64,000 nucleotides of DNA. Origin: a virus. The notes below the pieces were generated by a model. It was not told the DNA's origin. It did not search any database and saw only the letters and a program-made list of their open reading frames with translations. Where the stretch lies: the IMG/VR virus record IMGVR_UViG_3300046453_000081, positions 32,001-96,000 of that record; one strand, given 5' to 3'. Shown here piece by piece: positions 59,400 through 64,000 of this stretch (positions are counted from its first letter, which is position 1; every line of letters begins with the position of its first letter). The position numbers were made by a program, and so were the translations under genes.

Positions 59400-59948
59400 T
59401 TATTCTTCTTCCTCTTCTTCCTCTTCTTCTATGTTGTATGTCCCATCCTCAATTTCTGATTCAATATCATTAACAAAATCATCAATGATACTCATGAGAT
59501 TATTATTATCAAAGTTTTCTGTTTTGCTTTCAATTTCTTCTTCAATTGCTTCTAAATCCAAATTATTTAAAACTTCTTCATCTAAGCCATCAAGAATTTC
59601 ATTAATCTTTTCTGCAACCATATTAAATGCTATTATGTCAAGATTGTCGTATAAGCTTCTTTGATAATACATGTAGTATCCAATTTGGAACAATTTTTCG
59701 ATATCTGTTACACCTTCACATAAACCTTCCGATTGTGCATCTTCCGTATATTCTTTGATATCTCTTGCATGTTCCCAAATTTCATTATTGTAAATAGGAA
59801 CACTGCCATCTGCTAATTCACTGATAGCGTCACAGACATAACTGCTAGAATAATCCTTTAAAGAATCCAATACACTTTCTTCATCATCCAAAATACCAAT
59901 TAAATCATAATCTCTCTTTTCGATACCCACATCAACCAATCCTTTCAA
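59400..59948 (-). CDS. Ocr-like acidic DNA-mimic (putative anti-restriction) protein
   Basis: DAISELADGSVPIYNNEIW...EGLCEGVTDIEKLFQ aligns by eye with recalled T7 Ocr sequence; poly-E tail. Confidence 0.65.
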   Translation of the reverse strand: MKGLVDVGIEKRDYDLIGILDDEESVLDSLKDYSSSYVCDAISELADGSVPIYNNEIWEHARDIKEYTEDAQSEGLCEGVTDIEKLFQIGYYMYYQRSLYDNLDIIAFNMVAEKINEILDGLDEEVLNNLDLEAIEEEIESKTENFDNNNLMSIIDDFVNDIESEIEDGTYNIEEEEEEEEE

Positions 59949-60243
59949 GTTTTGTTATTTTTTTCTTTAACCTACTTTACCATCTTAGCACCCCTATAAC
60001 CCAATGTCAATGGGTTATAAGAATAATAAATATTTTACTTACTCATTAAAGAATAAATTCATGCAAAAAGTCTCCTACTTCATCCAAATTAGAAAATAAG
60101 AATTCCCCAAAATTGCTATGAGTCATAGTGATTTTATCTTTGCTGAATACAATTGTCCAATCATTTTCTATTGTTTGTATTAACGCTAACATTAATACGT
60201 CAAATCCTAAATGGTTTCTCATATTTCGCCCCTATCTCTACAA

Positions 60244-60666
60244 TTAAATTTGTTCATTCATCAACTGACTGTTATACATTATTTCCTGATATTCTTTATA
60301 TACTTCATCATAAGTTAAGCTTTCCGAAAATCCAACATTGACAAAGGCTTCGACAACTTCTATTGCCAATTTCCAACTTTCCATATCAGCATTTTCAAAT
60401 TTTGGAGTTAGCTTCAATTCCACTGTTATTCCCCCCCACATTGTTAAGCAAGATTCACAGACACGATAATAAAAAAATCTGCCCTGACTAATTCCTGACC
60501 AATATTCACAGCTACTACCTATTGTTATACTGTTATTGCAGAATTCACAGGTTGTATTGATACGAGATTTTTTAATCTTTCTTATCCTAGTGAATTCTAT
60601 TTTTTCATAGAGATAATTTTTTTCCATCCTATCATCATTTTCATAACAGAATTCAAATCCTCTCAT
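60244..60666 (-). CDS. Zn-finger hypothetical protein
   Basis: CEFC...CESC. Confidence 0.6.
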   Translation of the reverse strand: MRGFEFCYENDDRMEKNYLYEKIEFTRIRKIKKSRINTTCEFCNNSITIGSSCEYWSGISQGRFFYYRVCESCLTMWGGITVELKLTPKFENADMESWKLAIEVVEAFVNVGFSESLTYDEVYKEYQEIMYNSQLMNEQI

Positions 60667-60692
60667 ATAATCACCCCTGTTAACTGTATGTA

Positions 60693-60887
60693 TTAAGCCC
60701 CTATTTCCATTTCTCCGCTGTCCAATAATTCCTCAAAGTATGCTTCCCATTCATCCAATTTACCAAGAAGTCTTAACCCTTTTTTTTCACTGTACTTGCC
60801 TTTCATCCCATGAATACCAATAACATCATAATACTCCATTATCTTGTCATAGTATGCCATAACCTGTTCTTGTGTCATTGTTAACAA
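60693..60887 (-). CDS. Hypothetical protein
   Basis: TTGAAT-17-TATAAT promoter upstream. Confidence 0.6.
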   Translation of the reverse strand: MLTMTQEQVMAYYDKIMEYYDVIGIHGMKGKYSEKKGLRLLGKLDEWEAYFEELLDSGEMEIGA

Positions 60888-61005
60888 CCAACCCTTCTTT
60901 TGTAATATTTCTAATTATATTTTGCATTTGTGCAAAATTCAAGCATTTTCTTAGATAGAAAGAAAATGTTTCAATTTCAGACAAATCAGAGGGGTAAACA
61001 GGGGC

Positions 61006-61425
61006 TTACACCCCTGCTTTCCTCAATTCTTCATTAATTTTATGTTGTTCGCCTAAACTATAAGCATCCATGAAAACATAACCCTGTTCAAATAAATATT
61101 GAATCTTTTCACTTTCTGACAGGTTGTAATTTTCCCCTGTATCATATTTCTGTTGCACCATATCAGCTAACATTCTTACTTGGTCAAAGCATTTTTTAAT
61201 TGTAGCATCTTTTATATAGGATATCAGATAAATATGGTGTGGAATTATTAGAACATGTTCACCATTCATCATATAAGGATAAGCTTTTTCATAAGCATCA
61301 ATTAAACCAACTGGATTATAGGAATAATCAATCACTTTAAATTTATCATCCTTAGAGTAGACACGAACACTAAAAGTCTGATTTTTGTATTGTTCAAACT
61401 GCTTGCCTGTTATACTGTTGCCCAT
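61006..61425 (-). CDS. Hypothetical protein
   Basis: GAGGTG RBS; follows operator-promoter 61466. Confidence 0.65.
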   Translation of the reverse strand: MGNSITGKQFEQYKNQTFSVRVYSKDDKFKVIDYSYNPVGLIDAYEKAYPYMMNGEHVLIIPHHIYLISYIKDATIKKCFDQVRMLADMVQQKYDTGENYNLSESEKIQYLFEQGYVFMDAYSLGEQHKINEELRKAGV

Positions 61426-61506
61426 TTAAAATCACCTCATAAATCAATTTGTTATTACAATTATATACCCATTATGAATGGATTACAAGCCCCAAATAAA
61501 CAGATG

Positions 61507-61935
61507 CTAATAATATTGATTTAAAACTGACAGGTAAAGATTTAAAGCAAAATTTTCTAATTCAAATTTGTTATTTCTTCTTGACATTTCAAAGATGTCC
61601 ATTGCTTTTATTGTAGTAATCACATTGTTGTAGTTATACTTTTCAGACTTTTTGATACGGTTTAATAGTTCTGTTATGGAGTCATTTACTTGTTTTTCAT
61701 CTGTAAAGTCACCATATTCAAACACTCTAAACATACTTGTACTGTTAATGATGGGATTGTATGTAATGATTACACCCATAAAGGACTTTGAATACCTATC
61801 GCTAACAAAAGATGCTTCCCTGTCTACATAAGCGACTGCATCCATAATTTCATCCTTAAACTTCCCTTGCATTACTATATTAAACATTTTTTCATTCTTC
61901 ACATTAATCAACCCTTTCATTATTTGTATAATCAT
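61507..61935 (-). CDS. Hypothetical protein (probable GTG start VKNEKM)
   Basis: AAAGGG RBS before internal GTG. Confidence 0.6.
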   Translation of the reverse strand: MIIQIMKGLINVKNEKMFNIVMQGKFKDEIMDAVAYVDREASFVSDRYSKSFMGVIITYNPIINSTSMFRVFEYGDFTDEKQVNDSITELLNRIKKSEKYNYNNVITTIKAMDIFEMSRRNNKFELENFALNLYLSVLNQYY

Positions 61936-61989
61936 TACACGACTTTATCCTATTTAATAGGCTGATAAAGTCGTGTAATCGTTATACAA
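61924..61989. repeat. 66-bp imperfect inverted repeat
   Basis: TTGTATAA..ATTACACGACTTTATC / GATAAAGTCGTGTAAT..TTATACAA. Confidence 0.8.
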
Positions 61990-62001
61990 TTTAGAAAAGA
62001 T

Positions 62002-62024
62002 AGAAGGGGCAATAGCCCCCTCTC
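62002..62024 (-). terminator. Intrinsic terminator after helicase
   Basis: GGGGC-aata-GCCCC stem followed by TTCTATCTTTTCT on minus strand. Confidence 0.65.
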
Positions 62025-64000
62025 TTATTTGTAAATATTGTTATGGTCATTCATTATATCTGTTAATGCTTCATTCTCTTTGTCAGACATTTGAGAATCT
62101 GCTTCGAACTCTGTCATCAATCCCATTTCTGATATGAATCGACTTGCCCCTGCTGATTTTCCGTTATATGTTTCAGTACTGGATACAAAACATCTTTGTT
62201 CTGCCCTTGTCACTAATACATAGGCTAAACGTCTTTCCTCTTCAATTGCTTGGGGCTTTTCACCATTTTCTTCCTGTTCTGTAGCCTTTTCAATTGACTT
62301 GAAATGGGGTAGTAAGTTTTCTGATAATCCAATACCAAACACTGTATCAAATTCTAAGCCTTTTGATTTGTGAATTGTCATCAATTGAACACCATTAATG
62401 TTATGCTTTGCTTTACTTGTCATTTCATCAACATAATTAAGGAATGTTTCAACATTTTCAAAATGAGATAATAAATATTTTAATGTCTCAATATTTTCCA
62501 TTCTAGAATCAGATTCTTCATTTTCGTCATCTAATAGATAATCTCTATATCCTTTATCTAACAGGTGATTAATAATTCCTGTCATTGATTCACCTCTTGT
62601 TAACAGGTTTTTCATACTGTTAACTAGGTTTTTGAATTCCATTACACCTTTTTCTTCATAGTTCTTTAATTGTACTTTGCTATTAGCGTCCCATAATGAT
62701 GTTTTCTTAACTGTTTTTAATTTTTCGATATAAGCTTTGCCTAAAAATCTTGATGGGACATTGATAACTCTTTCAAACGCCTTGTTATTGTCTTTGTCGT
62801 GAACTAATTGTAAATAAGAAATAATGTCCTTAACTTCTTTCCTGTCATAGAAACTTACTCCACCATATAGAACATATGGAATACCCTGACAGATTAAAGC
62901 ATTTTCAATAGCCAATGATTGTTTGTTTGTCCTGAATAGGACAGCAATTTTTTTGTATTCCTTATTTTCTTTCTCATGTAAAATGTTAATTTCTTCAGCT
63001 ACAAATTGTGATTCATCCATTTCATCAATAAAATGATGATATGTTATTGCTTTGTCATCTGAAACAATAAAAGGAATCATCTGATTATCAATTCGATTGA
63101 CATTATTTTTTATCAACTTGTTTGCACATTCTAAGATGTGCGACTTACTTCTATAATTTATTACAAGACTAATCTCTTTAACATTTTTATAAGTTTTTGT
63201 AAAATTGATAAATTGGTCAGGTTCAGCGCCCCTGAACGAATACATAGATTGCGAATCGTCCCCCACGACAAAAACATTGTATTCAGGATATCCAAGAAGC
63301 TTAATTAATTCATATTGCATCAAATTATTGTCTTGTGCTTCATCTACTAAAAGATACTTAAATTGTTTTTGATATTTTTTAAGAACAACTTCATTTTCTT
63401 TTAGTAATTTAACGAATAATACTAACATATCGTCCATGTCTAAACGTTTTTGCACTTGTTTTTGATATTCGTATTCTCTGAAGAATTCATAATAGGCTAA
63501 ATTTCTGTCTGTAGGGGCAGTGTTTCTCAAAAACATGTCATCATCAAACCCTTTGTTTTTGTAGAATCCTACCACTGACAACAACCCTGTTAATCCAATC
63601 TTTTCTAATTCGTCTTTAACTTCTTTGTCAATTGTTCTATCTTTCATTAATGATTTTCTAATTTCTCCACCAAACTTCTTTTGCTCATAATTGATAAGTA
63701 GTGCATTGCTAAATCCTCTATACATTGGATGATTCATGTTCTTATATTCTTCACGTAAAATTCTATATCCAATGGAATGACTAGTACCAATTGTTATATC
63801 GTTTAATGTACTAGCAGGGATTAACTTTGACAATCTTTCTTTCATTTCTTCGCTTGCTTTTTTGGTGAATGTTGTCATCAAAATTTCTCTTGGTTTAATT
63901 CCACTTTCAATCATAAAAGCTACACGATTTACCAATACTCTAGTTTTTCCTGACCCTGCACAGGCATTAATTCGTGTAGTTCCTTTAATTGTTGTTACTG
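62025..64000 (-). CDS. UvrD/PcrA SF1 helicase, 5'-partial
   Basis: INACAGSGKT (read near 63940-63970), TFTKKAS, LVDEAQD, VGDDSQSMYSFRGA, NYRS, TIHKSKGLEF, EERRLAYVLVTRA. Confidence 0.95.
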   Translation of the reverse strand, partial: VTTIKGTTRINACAGSGKTRVLVNRVAFMIESGIKPREILMTTFTKKASEEMKERLSKLIPASTLNDITIGTSHSIGYRILREEYKNMNHPMYRGFSNALLINYEQKKFGGEIRKSLMKDRTIDKEVKDELEKIGLTGLLSVVGFYKNKGFDDDMFLRNTAPTDRNLAYYEFFREYEYQKQVQKRLDMDDMLVLFVKLLKENEVVLKKYQKQFKYLLVDEAQDNNLMQYELIKLLGYPEYNVFVVGDDSQSMYSFRGAEPDQFINFTKTYKNVKEISLVINYRSKSHILECANKLIKNNVNRIDNQMIPFIVSDDKAITYHHFIDEMDESQFVAEEINILHEKENKEYKKIAVLFRTNKQSLAIENALICQGIPYVLYGGVSFYDRKEVKDIISYLQLVHDKDNNKAFERVINVPSRFLGKAYIEKLKTVKKTSLWDANSKVQLKNYEEKGVMEFKNLVNSMKNLLTRGESMTGIINHLLDKGYRDYLLDDENEESDSRMENIETLKYLLSHFENVETFLNYVDEMTSKAKHNINGVQLMTIHKSKGLEFDTVFGIGLSENLLPHFKSIEKATEQEENGEKPQAIEEERRLAYVLVTRAEQRCFVSSTETYNGKSAGASRFISEMGLMTEFEADSQMSDKENEALTDIMNDHNNIYK

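Larger units (their letters stand above)
31938..61484. promoter_or_regulatory. Family of at least 21 19-bp palindromic operators, (A/T)(A/G)YCCA-N7-TGGRYT, nearly all overlapping minus-strand sigmaA promoters
   Basis: Starts at 32725, 36801, 39284, 41022, 43052, 43859, 46317, 47144, 48039, 50989, 51479, 51947, 54073, 55153, 56117, 57290, 57642, 58669, 59291, 59998, 61466; degenerate at 23875, 31938, 56021. Confidence 0.9.

Noticed and set aside
503-60341. Other plus-strand ORFs in the track
   Set aside because: They overlap well-supported minus-strand genes and lack recognisable motifs; only 18916..19287 accepted.
32725-61484. Palindromic repeats as a CRISPR array
   Set aside because: Copies are hundreds to thousands of bases apart, separated by genes, variable in the centre, overlap promoters; no cas genes.
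1-64000. tRNA, rRNA, arbitrium or virion structural genes
   Set aside because: None recognised by eye; tRNAscan-SE and Infernal would be needed to exclude small RNAs.

Overview
AT-rich 64-kb segment of a large Bacillota (probably Bacillus-group) phage or prophage with SPbeta-like organisation. Essentially every real gene is on the minus strand; the one exception is a free-standing PD-(D/E)XK endonuclease at 18916-19287. The left half (1-32 kb) is the replication and metabolism region: primase, DnaB helicase, putative SSB, an AAA/Sak4-like ATPase split in its Walker A motif by a group I intron carrying a LAGLIDADG endonuclease, dNMP kinase, 3D-domain protein, HNH, PnuC+NadR, kinase-HD fusion, macrodomain, and an MrpR/YopR-like integrase-fold repressor. 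The right half (32-62 kb) is an array of small early or accessory genes (GNAT, Ser/Thr kinase, DUF262, DUF2786, an Ocr-like acidic protein) followed by a UvrD/PcrA helicase that runs off the window end. Top candidate new system: a radical SAM/SPASM enzyme with a non-canonical CX7CX6C motif, upstream of four otherwise unrelated proteins that all begin MK(I/V)R(K/N)(G/S)FVTNSSSSSF, suggesting a phage protein-maturation system. Other highlights are at least 21 copies of a 19-bp palindromic operator overlapping sigmaA promoters, promoters whose -10 box sits in the loop of long inverted repeats, and a second repeated motif AAGTGATAAATATAA. No database searches were run; family calls rest on motif recognition.
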